Assembly (NCBI GenBank): GCA_902550225.1 | Contig: CACCYL010000001.1 | Location: forward strand, 24,941-88,940 | Direction of reading: 5' to 3' | Origin: an uncultured Alphaproteobacteria bacterium | Lineage (GTDB): Bacteria > Pseudomonadota > Alphaproteobacteria > Methylaequorales > Methylaequoraceae | DNA length: 64,000 bases | Part shown: in pieces, positions 1 through 9,875 of the stretch | Position numbering within the stretch: position 1 is the stretch's first letter | Layout: every line of letters starts with the position of its first letter | Position numbers and translations under genes: made by a program | Notes under the pieces: generated by a model | The model's input: the letters and a program-made list of their open reading frames with translations, nothing else | The model's database searches: none | What the model was told of the DNA's origin: nothing

Positions 1-221
1 TTTGGCATTGAATTAAGGTTATTTACTACAATACTTCTGATAATTCTTTTTAGATAATTTCTTTTAACAGCATTGCCAATTTTTCTAGACACTGTTAAGC
101 CGAAATAAAAACCTGGTTGAGAGGATAAAAAATAATTTATTATAAAAAATTGTGCGTAAATGGTTTTGCCTTTTTTTCTTATATCAAGAAATTCTGCACG
201 CTTTTTTAAAACACAACAAGT
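1..221 (-). CDS. rnpA: RNase P protein component (partial, runs off the window; start codon unresolved)
   Basis: The minus-strand frame directly downstream of rpmH reads ..LKKRAEFLDIRKKGKTIYAQFFIINYF..GLTVSRKIGNAVKRNYLKRIIRS.., the basic RnpA motif. This is the classic rpmH-rnpA pair. There is no ATG at the 5' end. An in-frame TTG lies inside rpmH at 266..264. Confidence 0.7.
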
Positions 222-222
222 T

Positions 223-357
223 TTAGGCGGAGATTTTTTTTCTTCCTTTTTGTCTTCTTCTCGCAAGGACTTTTTTTCCTCCGGGAGACGACATTCTTGA
301 TCTAAAGCCATGTCTGTTCTTCCTGACTCTATTACTTGGTTGAAATGTTCTTTTCAT
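223..357 (-). CDS. rpmH: 50S ribosomal protein L34 (44 aa; too short for the ORF track)
   Basis: My own translation of the minus strand gives [44 protein letters not shown]. It closely resembles the L34 sequence as I recall it ([14 protein letters not shown]....G..VL.RRR.KGRK.L). ATG at 357..355, TAA at 225..223. Confidence 0.93.
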   Translation of the reverse strand: MKRTFQPSNRVRKNRHGFRSRMSSPGGKKVLARRRQKGRKKISA

Positions 358-410
358 AATATTACCAGACTATTGTTTATAACAGAAAAATACTTTTGTA
401 AATTAATTTG

Positions 411-2081
411 TTAATTTCCTCTAACTGTTCCATCTCTTCTAGAGTCAGCTACGGCTTCAAAATTCTTTTTTCTTTTAATTATGATTGCAAGTCCGCTTGT
501 TAAATTCCTTTTTAAAGCATTTTGTTTTACAATCTCTCTTAATGAATCAGTTTCAACAAATATCTTATCTTTGATTTTTATATAATTTGGCTCGTTGATT
601 GCTCTTTCGATATTTTTATTAAGATATAATGTTGAGATAAGCGATTTAAAAACGTAAGAAATAATTGCTTTGCCGCCTGGTGAACCTACTGTCATATAAA
701 AATTTTTATTATTATCAAATATAATCAAGGGAGACATAGAGCTTAATGGTTTTTTTTCAGCTTGAGGTCGATTTTTAATCAAAACACCTGAATCATCAGT
801 AATTTTAAATGAAAAATCTGTTAATTGATTATTTAAAAAAAATCCATTGGTAAATAATCTAGAACCAAATGAACTTTCAATGCTCGAAGTTGCTGATAAT
901 ACATTATTAAATTTATCAACTAAAGAAAAATGTGTTGTTGAGCTAAAGACCTCTTCAAAATTATGAATAAAAGATTTCTTTTTTAATTTTTTGAACTTTT
1001 CATAAGTTTCTACGAGATATTTTTCGTTAAGCAATTTTTCAATATTTACATCTACAAACTTAGGATCCGCCAGTTGATCATCTCTGATGGAATATACAAA
1101 ATTAAGAATTTCAAGTAATTCGTTGACGTTATTTTTTAGTTTTTCCTCGTAAAATTCATATAAAATTAGAGCTTGTATAATGCATATTGTTCCAGAGGAG
1201 GGTAAACTAGGTCCACAAATTTTATAATTATTTTTTAGTGTCCTACACAATGCAGCTTTTCTTTCAGGTTTAAATACTTTCAAATCATCAAGATTTAAGA
1301 ACCCAGGATTATTTGACTCATTTACAACAGATACGATATCTTGAGCAATTCTACCTTCATAAAAGCTTTGAATATTTTCAGAAATTATTTCTAATGTTTT
1401 AGTGTAATCGTTGTTAAAAAATTTTTTTTTAGGATGTGTTTTTATACTTTTGTAAATTGAGTCAGGATATATAGAGAATAAATATTTTTCTTTATTTACC
1501 GCATTGATCAGCCTGTCTGGGGGAAAGAAACCGTTTGAAGAAAATTCAATAACCGGTTTTATAACTTCACTCCAGTCAAGCTTACCATAACTCTTATGAA
1601 AACTATATAAAGTTTTCAAGGTTGATGGAGTTCCAACAGATGAACCGCCAACAACAGCTTCAAAAAATCTTTTTGGATTTCCATCTTTATTTAAAAAAAT
1701 ATTTTCTTTAAAAATTTTTGGTGCTTTTTCTCTTCCATCAAAACTTATAGTTTTGTTTGTCTTTTTATTATAGTAAGTAAGAAATATTCCACCGCCCAGA
1801 CCAGACGATTGAGGTTCTACTAAACCTAAAGTTAATTGAATTGCAACGGCAGCATCTGCAACAGTTCCGCCTTTTTCCAATATATCGTAACCTATTTTAG
1901 TGGCGTAATCATTAGCTGTGACAACAACAAAATTTTTGAATGTTCCCGACTTAAGACTTTTTTCAATTTTAACCTCTGAGGATTTTTCTGGTTGAATAGA
2001 TTGATAAATGTCATCACTCCATGCTTGATTTATTAAAATAGAAAAGAAGGAAAATAGGAAAAAAATTATTTTTTTTTTCAT
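411..2081 (-). CDS. ggt: gamma-glutamyltranspeptidase
   Basis: 556 aa with an N-terminal signal peptide. GGT-like core (LGGGIFL.., autoprocessing-site-like SSTTHFSLVD, GSPGG near the C-terminus). Confidence 0.85.
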   Translation of the reverse strand: MKKKIIFFLFSFFSILINQAWSDDIYQSIQPEKSSEVKIEKSLKSGTFKNFVVVTANDYATKIGYDILEKGGTVADAAVAIQLTLGLVEPQSSGLGGGIFLTYYNKKTNKTISFDGREKAPKIFKENIFLNKDGNPKRFFEAVVGGSSVGTPSTLKTLYSFHKSYGKLDWSEVIKPVIEFSSNGFFPPDRLINAVNKEKYLFSIYPDSIYKSIKTHPKKKFFNNDYTKTLEIISENIQSFYEGRIAQDIVSVVNESNNPGFLNLDDLKVFKPERKAALCRTLKNNYKICGPSLPSSGTICIIQALILYEFYEEKLKNNVNELLEILNFVYSIRDDQLADPKFVDVNIEKLLNEKYLVETYEKFKKLKKKSFIHNFEEVFSSTTHFSLVDKFNNVLSATSSIESSFGSRLFTNGFFLNNQLTDFSFKITDDSGVLIKNRPQAEKKPLSSMSPLIIFDNNKNFYMTVGSPGGKAIISYVFKSLISTLYLNKNIERAINEPNYIKIKDKIFVETDSLREIVKQNALKRNLTSGLAIIIKRKKNFEAVADSRRDGTVRGN

Positions 2082-2138
2082 AAATAAAAGTATAAATTAT
2101 TTAGACTCTCATTAAACAAAAATTATTTAAGGAACATT

Positions 2139-2924
2139 TTGAACAAAAGAAAAAAAAGAAATTCGTTAAAGAAGATTTTTTCAAAATCCAAGATTGTGTG
2201 TCTAACAGCTTACACTGCTCCGATAGCGAAAATTGCCGATAAATGTGCAGATATAATACTTGTAGGAGATTCAGTTGGTCCTGTGCTCTACGGGCATAAA
2301 ACAACAAGAAATGTCGACATGGATATGATCATAAGACACGCAAAATCAGTAGTTAAAAACACTAAAGAAGCTTTTATCGTTGTTGACATGCCATTTGGGA
2401 CTTACGAGACGTCCAAACATAAGGCACTAAAAAATGCAAGAAAAATAATTTCCTCATCCGGTGCTATGGCAGTAAAATTAGAAGGAGGTGAAAAGGTTGC
2501 TGATACTATAGAGTTTTTAACTCAGAATAAAATTAAAGTGATGGGACACTTGGGAATGCTTCCACAATCAATTACAGGTAGACCGAAGGTATATGGTAAA
2601 AGTGAAAAAGAAAAAAAACAGATCTTTAAAGATATAAGTATTTTAAAAAAAGTTGGCGTTTTTTCTGTGGTTGTTGAATGTACTCTCAAGAAGGTTGTAG
2701 ATGAATTGATAAAGGCTAGTGATTTGCCAATAATAGGCATAGGAGCATCTGAATATTGTAGAGGACAAATAATAGTTACAGAGGATATTTTGGGAATGAC
2801 CGAATTGAAAACTAAATTTTCAAAAAAATACTTTGATTTCTTTCCTGCAGCAGAACAAGCTGTTAAAAAATTTTCTTTAGAGGTTATAAATGGAAAATAC
2901 CCAAAAAAAAATCAATGTTATTAA
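2139..2924 (+). CDS. panB: 3-methyl-2-oxobutanoate hydroxymethyltransferase
   Basis: KIVCLTAYTAPIAKIADKCADIILVGDSVGPVLYGH and VVDMPFGTYE motifs typical of PanB. TTG start. Followed by panC. Confidence 0.9.
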   Translation: MNKRKKRNSLKKIFSKSKIVCLTAYTAPIAKIADKCADIILVGDSVGPVLYGHKTTRNVDMDMIIRHAKSVVKNTKEAFIVVDMPFGTYETSKHKALKNARKIISSSGAMAVKLEGGEKVADTIEFLTQNKIKVMGHLGMLPQSITGRPKVYGKSEKEKKQIFKDISILKKVGVFSVVVECTLKKVVDELIKASDLPIIGIGASEYCRGQIIVTEDILGMTELKTKFSKKYFDFFPAAEQAVKKFSLEVINGKYPKKNQCY

Positions 2925-3802
2925 TTAGAGACGAGAAAACTTTATCAAAAGAAATTGATAGTTTAAGAAAATCAGGAAAGCTAATTAATTTTATTCCTAC
3001 AATGGGTAACTTACATTTAGGACATTCAAGTTTATTTAAAAAATCAGAAAATACTGAAGAAATACGAGTAGTTAGCATTTTTGTAAATCCACTACAATTT
3101 AATGACAATAGAGATTTTGATAATTATCCCCGAACAATTGAGTCAGATAAAAAAAAACTTTTAGCAGAAAGAGTGGATGTTCTATTTCTGCCGGATGCGC
3201 AAATTATAAACGTAGTAAAGTTTGCATTTAGATTGGGCCATATTGCAAGAAAACTATGCGGTGTTGATAGAAGCGGGCATTTTGAGGGAGTCGCGAAAAT
3301 TATTCTTAAGTTTTTGGATATAATAAAACCAGACTCTATTACTTTAGGGGAAAAGGATTACCAACAGTTGCTAGTTATAAAAAAAATAATTAAAGACTTA
3401 AAACTTAAAACTGAAGTTAGGTCTTATCCAACGATACGAAATAAAGAAGGAATTGCGTTCTCTTCAAGAAATAAATTATTAGGAAAAAAAATTTTTCTTG
3501 CGAAATACATTCCAACTATTTTTAAGCAAATTAATTTAGAAATACTTGAAGGAAGTTTTGAACTTCGTAGATTAAACTATTTCAAAGACTTTTTAGAAAA
3601 ATCTGGAGTTGATCGTGTTCATTATTTAGAAATTTTAAACGAAAAAAATTTGTCTAAAGTAAAAAAAATTCCCTGTATATCCCGAATTTTTATAGCTATA
3701 TCAATAAGTGGAGTAAGACTGATTGATAACGTGCGAATTGAATCTAAATTGACATGCTCTAGAGATGGGCAAATAAAAATTTATAAAGATATTAATTCTT
3801 AA
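2915..3802 (+). CDS. panC: pantoate--beta-alanine ligase
   Basis: IPTMGNLHLGHSSL (PTMGxLHxGH nucleotidyl-transferase motif) and SIFVNPLQF. Overlaps the panB stop by 10 nt. Confidence 0.9.
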   Translation: MLLIRDEKTLSKEIDSLRKSGKLINFIPTMGNLHLGHSSLFKKSENTEEIRVVSIFVNPLQFNDNRDFDNYPRTIESDKKKLLAERVDVLFLPDAQIINVVKFAFRLGHIARKLCGVDRSGHFEGVAKIILKFLDIIKPDSITLGEKDYQQLLVIKKIIKDLKLKTEVRSYPTIRNKEGIAFSSRNKLLGKKIFLAKYIPTIFKQINLEILEGSFELRRLNYFKDFLEKSGVDRVHYLEILNEKNLSKVKKIPCISRIFIAISISGVRLIDNVRIESKLTCSRDGQIKIYKDINS

Positions 3803-4958
3803 GATAAATATGAACTTCTTCAGCCTGAGCAGAATTGCTGGTTGATGAAGCAATCGAAAGTCTTTCGGTTGGCACTCCCATTTCCACTATTTTAGAAAAC
3901 ACTTCTGCTGCTCTGTCCCTAGCTTGATCCGAGTAACTTGAGCCACCTGATGGACTAACGGCAACAACTTCAAAACCAGCAGATGGCATTTGTTCTAGCG
4001 CGCCGGAAATAGATTCAAACAAAGCTGTTGAATAATCAAAATTTGTATCATCAAATTTTATCACTAATATAGCATTATCATAGTTAATTGGGGCTACTTT
4101 TACTTGTTTTGGTTTAACTGTTTGGTCTGATTGTTCGACTGCTCCAGACGTAGATTTGGTGGGTGGAGCACTCACCGTTCCACCAAATTTACCAACCTCA
4201 ACATCTTCCGCTAGTCTTTTCATATACTGTCTTTCGTCATTCAGAATTTGAATTTCACGTGAGATTTTTTCTTCGAGTTCTGTCATTAATCTTTCATAAA
4301 GTACAGATGTTCTCTGGACATCATCTTTTAAAACTTTCAGCTGATTATGATCCTCATCAATTGCTCCAGATATAAAAAAGCTTGAATCAATTGCATTTTT
4401 CAAATGCCCGATCAAAGCTGCGTCAGCAGTTACTCTGTTATTAACAATCTGTAGGTTGTTGACATTATTTTGAATATCTTCTAAAGCTCTTTGAGCATCG
4501 TTCCATTGACCTACTAAAATAGGGTTTCCAGGTGTAGTTCCTATCTGTAATCTAGATCTAATAGCACTAGACAAACCTTGAAAAACTGATGTTTGTTCGT
4601 CAACGAGATCTTTAAACCTTAGAAAGTCGTTGTTGTGAGATGATATTGCATTTTGAATGCTGGTTAAATCTGCTCTGAATTGGTTGATTTTACCGCCTAC
4701 GAATGTTCCTGTAGGTCCCGCGTCGTTAACTACTTGGGTTGGAGCCATTGCAGGTGGAGGAGCATATTGTGAAGGGGGTATTTCTTGAGCATTAGCTTGA
4801 TTTATTTCCTCAACGGCCCCAGGTACTTCTTCGAGTGCCGGAGGAGCAGCAACTTCTTCATCAGAAAGTGAAGGAAAAACGTATTCTTGCACACCAGTAC
4901 ACGAATAGCTTGAAAATAGTAAAGCTAAAGCTAAAAAGTTAAAATATTTTTTGATCAT
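3792..4958 (-). CDS. putative lipoprotein: Pro/Ala-rich linker, coiled-coil region, degenerate OmpA-like C-terminal domain
   Basis: Signal peptide ending ..LLFSSYSC (lipobox-like). Followed by a PPALEEVPG..PPPAMAP low-complexity stretch. The C-terminus FEVVAVSPSGG..SDQARDRAAEV..GVPTERL.. loosely resembles OmpA_C. Function not assignable. Confidence 0.4.
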   Translation of the reverse strand: MIKKYFNFLALALLFSSYSCTGVQEYVFPSLSDEEVAAPPALEEVPGAVEEINQANAQEIPPSQYAPPPAMAPTQVVNDAGPTGTFVGGKINQFRADLTSIQNAISSHNNDFLRFKDLVDEQTSVFQGLSSAIRSRLQIGTTPGNPILVGQWNDAQRALEDIQNNVNNLQIVNNRVTADAALIGHLKNAIDSSFFISGAIDEDHNQLKVLKDDVQRTSVLYERLMTELEEKISREIQILNDERQYMKRLAEDVEVGKFGGTVSAPPTKSTSGAVEQSDQTVKPKQVKVAPINYDNAILVIKFDDTNFDYSTALFESISGALEQMPSAGFEVVAVSPSGGSSYSDQARDRAAEVFSKIVEMGVPTERLSIASSTSNSAQAEEVHIYLKN

Positions 4959-5122
4959 TTTTTTCGCATTTTTAAAGTGTTGTTAACAAAAGTTCGATTT
5001 TTAATTTATAGCCTATAAAATTTTGAAAATAAACAAAAAAAAATTTTAATAAAATTAATTTTTAAATTTTTTAAATTTATATAATGTGTTTTTTGATTTA
5101 AAGTTGTTTGAAAAAATACTTG

Positions 5123-5199
5123 GTGCCCGTAGCTCAACTGGATAGAGCATCTGACTACGAATCAGAAGGTTGGGAGTTCGACTCTCTCCGGGCACGCCA
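5123..5199 (+). tRNA. tRNA-Arg (anticodon ACG) with encoded CCA
   Basis: Folded by hand. Acceptor GTGCCCG/CGGGCAC, D arm GCTC..GAGC, anticodon stem TCTGA/TCAGA with loop CTACGAA (ACG), T arm GGGAG-TTCGACT-CTCTC, discriminator G plus CCA. Confidence 0.9.
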
Positions 5200-5220
5200 A
5201 AAAAACTTTAATACTACTGG

Positions 5221-5257
5221 TTGACAATATTTAATCTTTAATTACTATATATTGTGT
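5221..5257 (+). promoter_or_regulatory. candidate sigma70 promoter of nrdAB overlapping an NrdR-box-like palindrome
   Basis: TTGACA at 5221..5226, then an A/T-rich -10 region (ACTATATATT) about 17-20 nt downstream. ACTATATATTGTGT (5244..5257) resembles one half-degenerate NrdR box (recalled consensus acaCwAtATaTwgtgt). I found no convincing second box. Confidence 0.3.
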
Positions 5258-5293
5258 TTCACAATTTAATTTTAAGAGTAGGAAATTTTTCAA

Positions 5294-7156
5294 ATGAATC
5301 AATCTAATGCGAATATACTAGATCTAACTGCACAAAAACTAGAAAATAAGGAACCAAAACAAAACCCAAGCCAACTTCAAACTGAAAACTCTAGAGATAA
5401 GTTTTTAACTGATTTTGGAAAGGCAACACTGATAGACAGATATCTTCTTCCGGGAGAGAAGTTTCAAGATATGTTTATGAGGGTAGCAAAATGTTACAGT
5501 GACAATGATTCACACGCTCAGAGAATATATGAATATATTTCAAAGCTTTGGTTTATGCCAGCAACTCCTATCTTGTCAAATGGAGGAGCCAAAAGGGGGT
5601 TGCCAATATCCTGTTTTTTAAATACAGTTCACGACAGTCTTGATGGAATTCTATCAACATGGGGAGAAAATGTGTGGCTTGCGTCTAATGGTGGCGGCAT
5701 AGGAACATATTGGGGTGAAGTAAGATCGATTGGAGAAACAGTTAAAAAATCCGGACAAACCTCAGGCATCATTCCCTTTGTCAGAGTCATGGATTCTTTA
5801 ACACTAGCAATTTCTCAGGGCTCTCTCAGAAGAGGTTCAGCGGCATGCTATCTTGACATTCATCACCCAGAGATAGAGGAGTTCTTAGAAATTAGAAAAC
5901 CTTCAGGTGATTTTAATAGAAAAAGTTTAAATCTGCACCACGGCATAAACATAACAGATGAGTTCATGGAATGTGTTAAACATAACAAAGAGTTTTGTCT
6001 CAAAAGTCCCAAAACCAACGAAACACTAAGAAAAGTTAATGCTAGGGAACTCTGGCAAAAAATACTTGAGACAAGAATGCAGACTGGAGAGCCTTATTTG
6101 GTTTTTATGGATACAGTAAATAAAAATATGGCCAAACATCAACAAAAACTTGGGATGAAAGTTAGGACCTCTAATTTATGTAGTGAAATTATGCTTCACA
6201 CTGGCTTAGATCATCATGGAAAAGACAGAACTGCAGTATGTTGCCTTTCATCCGTTAATTTAGAAAAATGGGAGGAATGGTCAGGGGAAATAAACTTCAT
6301 AGAGGACATAATGAGATTTTTAGATAATGTACTTGAAGACTTTATTGATAATGCACCAGATTCAATGAAAAATGCAATTTACTCAGCTAAAATGGAAAGG
6401 TCAGTTGGACTTGGAGCAATGGGCTTTCACAGTTTTCTTCAGAAAAAAGGTGTTCCCTTTGAAAGCGCAGTTGCCAAAAGCTGGAATGCAAAATTCTTTA
6501 AGCACTTAAAAAAAGAAGCTGATAAAGCGTCTCTGATTCTTGCTATGGAAAGAGGAGCTTGTCCTGATGCTTCAGAGATGGGAGTAAAAGCTAGATTTAG
6601 TCACAAACTAGCGATAGCACCTACCGCTTCAATCAGTATTATTTGTGGTGGAACAAGTGCCTGCGTTGAACCTATACCTGCAAATATTTACACTCACAAA
6701 ACTCTTTCAGGATCTTTCACAGTAAAAAATAAATATCTTGAAGAATTGCTAGATTCGAAAGGTTTGAATAGTGAAAAAATTTGGCAAAGTATTTTGGAAA
6801 ATGATGGATCAATTTCTCATCTTAAGGAATTGAGTGAAAACGAGAAAGCAGTTTTCAAAACAGCATTTGAAATTGATCAGAGGTGGATAGTAGAAATGGC
6901 TGCAGATAGGACTCCATATATATGCCAAAGTCAATCAATAAATCTTTATTTATCAGCAGATATTGATAAATGGGACTTAATGATGCTTCATTGGAAGGCC
7001 TGGGAGTTAGGTATAAAAAGTTTGTATTATTGCCGATCTAAGTCTATACAAAGAGCCAGTTATGCAGGGGTAGAAGCCGACAATACAAAACAATGGCCCT
7101 CTAAAAATATAGTAGAAGAGAAAACAGATTATGAGGAATGTTTGTCGTGTCAATAA
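5294..7156 (+). CDS. nrdA: ribonucleoside-diphosphate reductase alpha subunit (class I, no N-terminal ATP-cone)
   Basis: 620 aa. RNR large-subunit core (..ATPILSNGG.., SNLCSEI, ..AIAPTASIS.., C-terminal ..YEECLSCQ redox tail). The N-terminus is low-complexity and lacks the VxKRDG ATP-cone motif. Confidence 0.88.
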   Translation: MNQSNANILDLTAQKLENKEPKQNPSQLQTENSRDKFLTDFGKATLIDRYLLPGEKFQDMFMRVAKCYSDNDSHAQRIYEYISKLWFMPATPILSNGGAKRGLPISCFLNTVHDSLDGILSTWGENVWLASNGGGIGTYWGEVRSIGETVKKSGQTSGIIPFVRVMDSLTLAISQGSLRRGSAACYLDIHHPEIEEFLEIRKPSGDFNRKSLNLHHGINITDEFMECVKHNKEFCLKSPKTNETLRKVNARELWQKILETRMQTGEPYLVFMDTVNKNMAKHQQKLGMKVRTSNLCSEIMLHTGLDHHGKDRTAVCCLSSVNLEKWEEWSGEINFIEDIMRFLDNVLEDFIDNAPDSMKNAIYSAKMERSVGLGAMGFHSFLQKKGVPFESAVAKSWNAKFFKHLKKEADKASLILAMERGACPDASEMGVKARFSHKLAIAPTASISIICGGTSACVEPIPANIYTHKTLSGSFTVKNKYLEELLDSKGLNSEKIWQSILENDGSISHLKELSENEKAVFKTAFEIDQRWIVEMAADRTPYICQSQSINLYLSADIDKWDLMMLHWKAWELGIKSLYYCRSKSIQRASYAGVEADNTKQWPSKNIVEEKTDYEECLSCQ

Positions 7157-7188
7157 TATTAACAATTAAAAACAAATAAGGAGAAAAA

Positions 7189-8223
7189 ATGGACGGAAAC
7201 AAAAATGATTTAATTGAAAATAAAAAACCAGGTCTTTTGACCTCTTCTCATTCTTATAAGCCTTTTAGGTACCCTTGGGCCTTCGATTTCTGGAAAAGAC
7301 AACAACAAGTTCACTGGATGCCGGAAGAAGTTCCTTTGGGTGAGGATTGCAAAGATTGGGTTATTAAATTAAATGATAATGAAAGAAATCTATTAACTCA
7401 GATTTTCAGATTTTTTACCCAATCTGATGTTGAAGTAAATGACAATTACATGGAGAGATATTCTCAGGTATTCAAACCTACAGAGGTAAAGATGATGATG
7501 TCTGCCTTTTCAAACATTGAAACTGTTCACATTGCAGCGTATGCGCTTTTGTTGGAAACAATCGGAATGCCAGATACGGAATTTTCTGCATTCTTAAAAT
7601 ATAAAGAGATGGCAGATAAGCATGATTACATGCAGCAGTTTACCATTGATTCAAATCACGAAATTGCAAAAACAGTTGCAATGTTTGGAGGATTTACCGA
7701 AGGATTACAACTTTTTGCAAGTTTTGCAATGCTTCTAAATTTTCCAAGACATAATAAAATGAGAGGGATGGGGCAAATTGTTACATGGTCTGTTAGAGAT
7801 GAATCTCTTCACTGCGAAGGAATGGTAAAACTCTTTCATGAATTTTTGAAAGAAACAAAATGCATGACCAAAAAATTGAAAAACGAAATAAACGAATGTT
7901 GCGAAAAAGTAGTAGAATTAGAGGATAATTTTATTGATTTAGCCTTTGAAATGGGACCAGTTGAAGGTATGGAGCCTAACGATATTAAAAATTATATCAG
8001 ATACATAGCTGACTGGAGACTTAAACAACTAAGTTTAGAACCAATGTTTGGGATAAAAGAACACCCTTTACCTTGGTTAACAGAAATATTAAATGGTGTT
8101 GAACATGCTAATTTCTTTGAGGCAAGAGCCACCGAATATTCTAAAGTCGCAACATCAGGAAATTGGGACGGAAAAGAGGGTGTCTGGTCAACGTTCGATA
8201 AAAAACTTAAGAGTTTTGGCTAA
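7189..8223 (+). CDS. nrdB: ribonucleoside-diphosphate reductase beta subunit
   Basis: Di-iron and radical motifs: NIETVHIAAY (ExxH followed by Tyr at +4) and RDESLH. AAGGAG SD upstream. Directly follows nrdA. Confidence 0.9.
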   Translation: MDGNKNDLIENKKPGLLTSSHSYKPFRYPWAFDFWKRQQQVHWMPEEVPLGEDCKDWVIKLNDNERNLLTQIFRFFTQSDVEVNDNYMERYSQVFKPTEVKMMMSAFSNIETVHIAAYALLLETIGMPDTEFSAFLKYKEMADKHDYMQQFTIDSNHEIAKTVAMFGGFTEGLQLFASFAMLLNFPRHNKMRGMGQIVTWSVRDESLHCEGMVKLFHEFLKETKCMTKKLKNEINECCEKVVELEDNFIDLAFEMGPVEGMEPNDIKNYIRYIADWRLKQLSLEPMFGIKEHPLPWLTEILNGVEHANFFEARATEYSKVATSGNWDGKEGVWSTFDKKLKSFG

Positions 8224-8226
8224 TTT

Positions 8227-9318
8227 TTATTTCTCTATATAAAGAGATTGGGATGGAAAGGCAAATGAGCTCTTTCTCTTCTCTATAATTTTCTTTATTT
8301 CAACTGCCAGTCCATCCTTGGCTTTGATAAATTTGTTATAATCATTGGTTTTGGTAAAACACCTAACTAATATATCTATAGAGCTTGGAGCAAACTCATT
8401 GATTTTAACAATTACAGGAGTTGACGCCGAAACAATAAATTCTTTCTTGTTAGTGCGAATCGAACTTTCGATATCAGAACAAATGTTTTTAAGTTGAATA
8501 ATCGTGGTTTTATATTCTACACCAATTATCCAATTTATTCTTCTATTTGATATTTCGGTAATATTAACAACGGCATTTTCCGCAAATTGGTAATTTGGAA
8601 TAAAGCATAAAGACTTGTCAAACTTTCGAATTGCCGTTGATCTAAAACCAATTTTTTCAACAGTCCCTTCAATGATACTTTCAATCATAACAACATCGCC
8701 TTTCTTAAACCTTTTTTCGACTAATACTAAAATACCTGAAATCAAATTTTTAAAAAGGTCTTGAGCCCCCAATGCTACTGCTACTCCAAATAAACCTAAA
8801 CCGGCAATTATAGGTCCAACTTTTATTCCCCACACCTCAAGAACAGCAGAAAATCCAAGTATAAAAATTATTATTTTGACAGCACTTATTAACCAATCTA
8901 ACAAGTCCTTCGTTAAAATTGTCTTAAGATTTTTTATTTTACGGCTTAAAGGTTCTATAGTTTTACTAATTAACCAAAATATTGATATAGTAAATAAGGA
9001 TAGATTAATATTTTGAAAAAAAAAATTAAATTTTTGAGACGCAGTTAATAAACTTGAAGAAGCAAAGACTCCCACTGAGACAACAAAGAATTCGATAGGC
9101 TTTTCGATGGATACTAAAAATGCTTCTTTAACTTTTTTTTCGGAAAAGCTCAAAATTAGTGAAATTTTTTTAATTATTAATTTTTTAATTAGATTCCTTG
9201 ATACAATGACCAAAACAAGAAGAGCTATACATGTTAATATATTTGAAAGAAGGAAACCAAAAAACGAAACGTCTGTAATAAAACTAATTTTTTCTAAAAT
9301 TTTGTTTAAAATTTCCAT
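8227..9318 (-). CDS. mechanosensitive ion channel (MscS family)
   Basis: Several N-terminal TM helices, then ..AGLGLFGVAVALGAQDLFKNLISGILVLVEKRFKKGDVV.., the MscS pore-helix and beta-domain signature. Confidence 0.85.
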   Translation of the reverse strand: MEILNKILEKISFITDVSFFGFLLSNILTCIALLVLVIVSRNLIKKLIIKKISLILSFSEKKVKEAFLVSIEKPIEFFVVSVGVFASSSLLTASQKFNFFFQNINLSLFTISIFWLISKTIEPLSRKIKNLKTILTKDLLDWLISAVKIIIFILGFSAVLEVWGIKVGPIIAGLGLFGVAVALGAQDLFKNLISGILVLVEKRFKKGDVVMIESIIEGTVEKIGFRSTAIRKFDKSLCFIPNYQFAENAVVNITEISNRRINWIIGVEYKTTIIQLKNICSDIESSIRTNKKEFIVSASTPVIVKINEFAPSSIDILVRCFTKTNDYNKFIKAKDGLAVEIKKIIEKRKSSFAFPSQSLYIEK

Positions 9319-9319
9319 T

Positions 9320-9832
9320 TTACATTATTTTATTGAGAATCTTAATAGAATCTTCATATTCAAAACCTTGTTGAGATAGTTTAAGTAATATTTTATCAAA
9401 AAGTTGTTTATCTGAAATATTTAATTTTTTTTGTTTTTCTACTATATTAGATTTATTTAAATAATTTATTAAAAGTGTTTGTTTAAGTGTCTCGTCTTTG
9501 AATTTTTTTTTTAAAAATAAATTAGCTTTATCTCTGTTAAATTTAGCAGAAAGAAATTTGTATTTGATTTTTTTTTGGGAATATCCTTTTTTAACAAAGT
9601 TATCGAATGAAACTTCCAACATTCTTTCCTCGTTGAAAAAACCAATTTCTTCGAAATATTTTAAAGCATCAGGAATTTCTTGAATTAACTTATGATAGTC
9701 TGATTCAGATATTTTTTTTTCTAAATAATCCTTGGTGATTTTTTTTTTTAATATATCCTCAAATTTTCTTTTAGTAACGTTGTACCTTGATAAATAATAG
9801 GTTGAATACTTTTTTAAATAGTCAGATATCAT
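9320..9832 (-). CDS. recX: RecX-like regulatory protein
   Basis: 170 aa, helical repeat pattern (YLSRYNVTKRKFEDILKKK.., ..GYSQKKIKYKFLSAKF.., ..LSQQGFEYEDSIKIL) resembling the three RecX repeats. Highly diverged and AT-biased, so only moderately confident. Confidence 0.5.
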   Translation of the reverse strand: MISDYLKKYSTYYLSRYNVTKRKFEDILKKKITKDYLEKKISESDYHKLIQEIPDALKYFEEIGFFNEERMLEVSFDNFVKKGYSQKKIKYKFLSAKFNRDKANLFLKKKFKDETLKQTLLINYLNKSNIVEKQKKLNISDKQLFDKILLKLSQQGFEYEDSIKILNKIM

Positions 9833-9875
9833 TGTTTATGTTTGATATTATTATTAAATTAAACATTTGTGAATT

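Noticed and set aside
1-410. Replication origin near rpmH-rnpA.
   Set aside because: No dnaA gene and no cluster of TTATCCACA-like boxes is visible in the short non-coding stretches here. In many alphaproteobacteria oriC is not next to rpmH.
2101-2307. Many short ORFs in the track lie antisense to or nested within large genes (e.g. 2101..2307, 2522..2740, 4163..4375, 9107..9379, 14291..14712, 22636..22965, 27982..28191, 53183..53368, 61192..61485).
   Set aside because: All sit inside clearly recognisable genes on the other strand or frame. They have low-complexity or hydrophobic nonsense-like sequence, no SD and no family resemblance. They are typical shadow ORFs of AT-rich DNA.
5094-5122. 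TTGATT...AATACT as a promoter for tRNA-Arg.
   Set aside because: The putative -10 ends only about 3 nt before the mature 5' end and the sequence is generic AT-rich DNA. Not supportable.
4959-5293. tRNA-Arg as an integration site for a genomic island (nrdAB downstream is compositionally distinct).
   Set aside because: I found no integrase, no tRNA 3'-end direct repeat downstream and no phage or mobile genes. nrdAB is core housekeeping.
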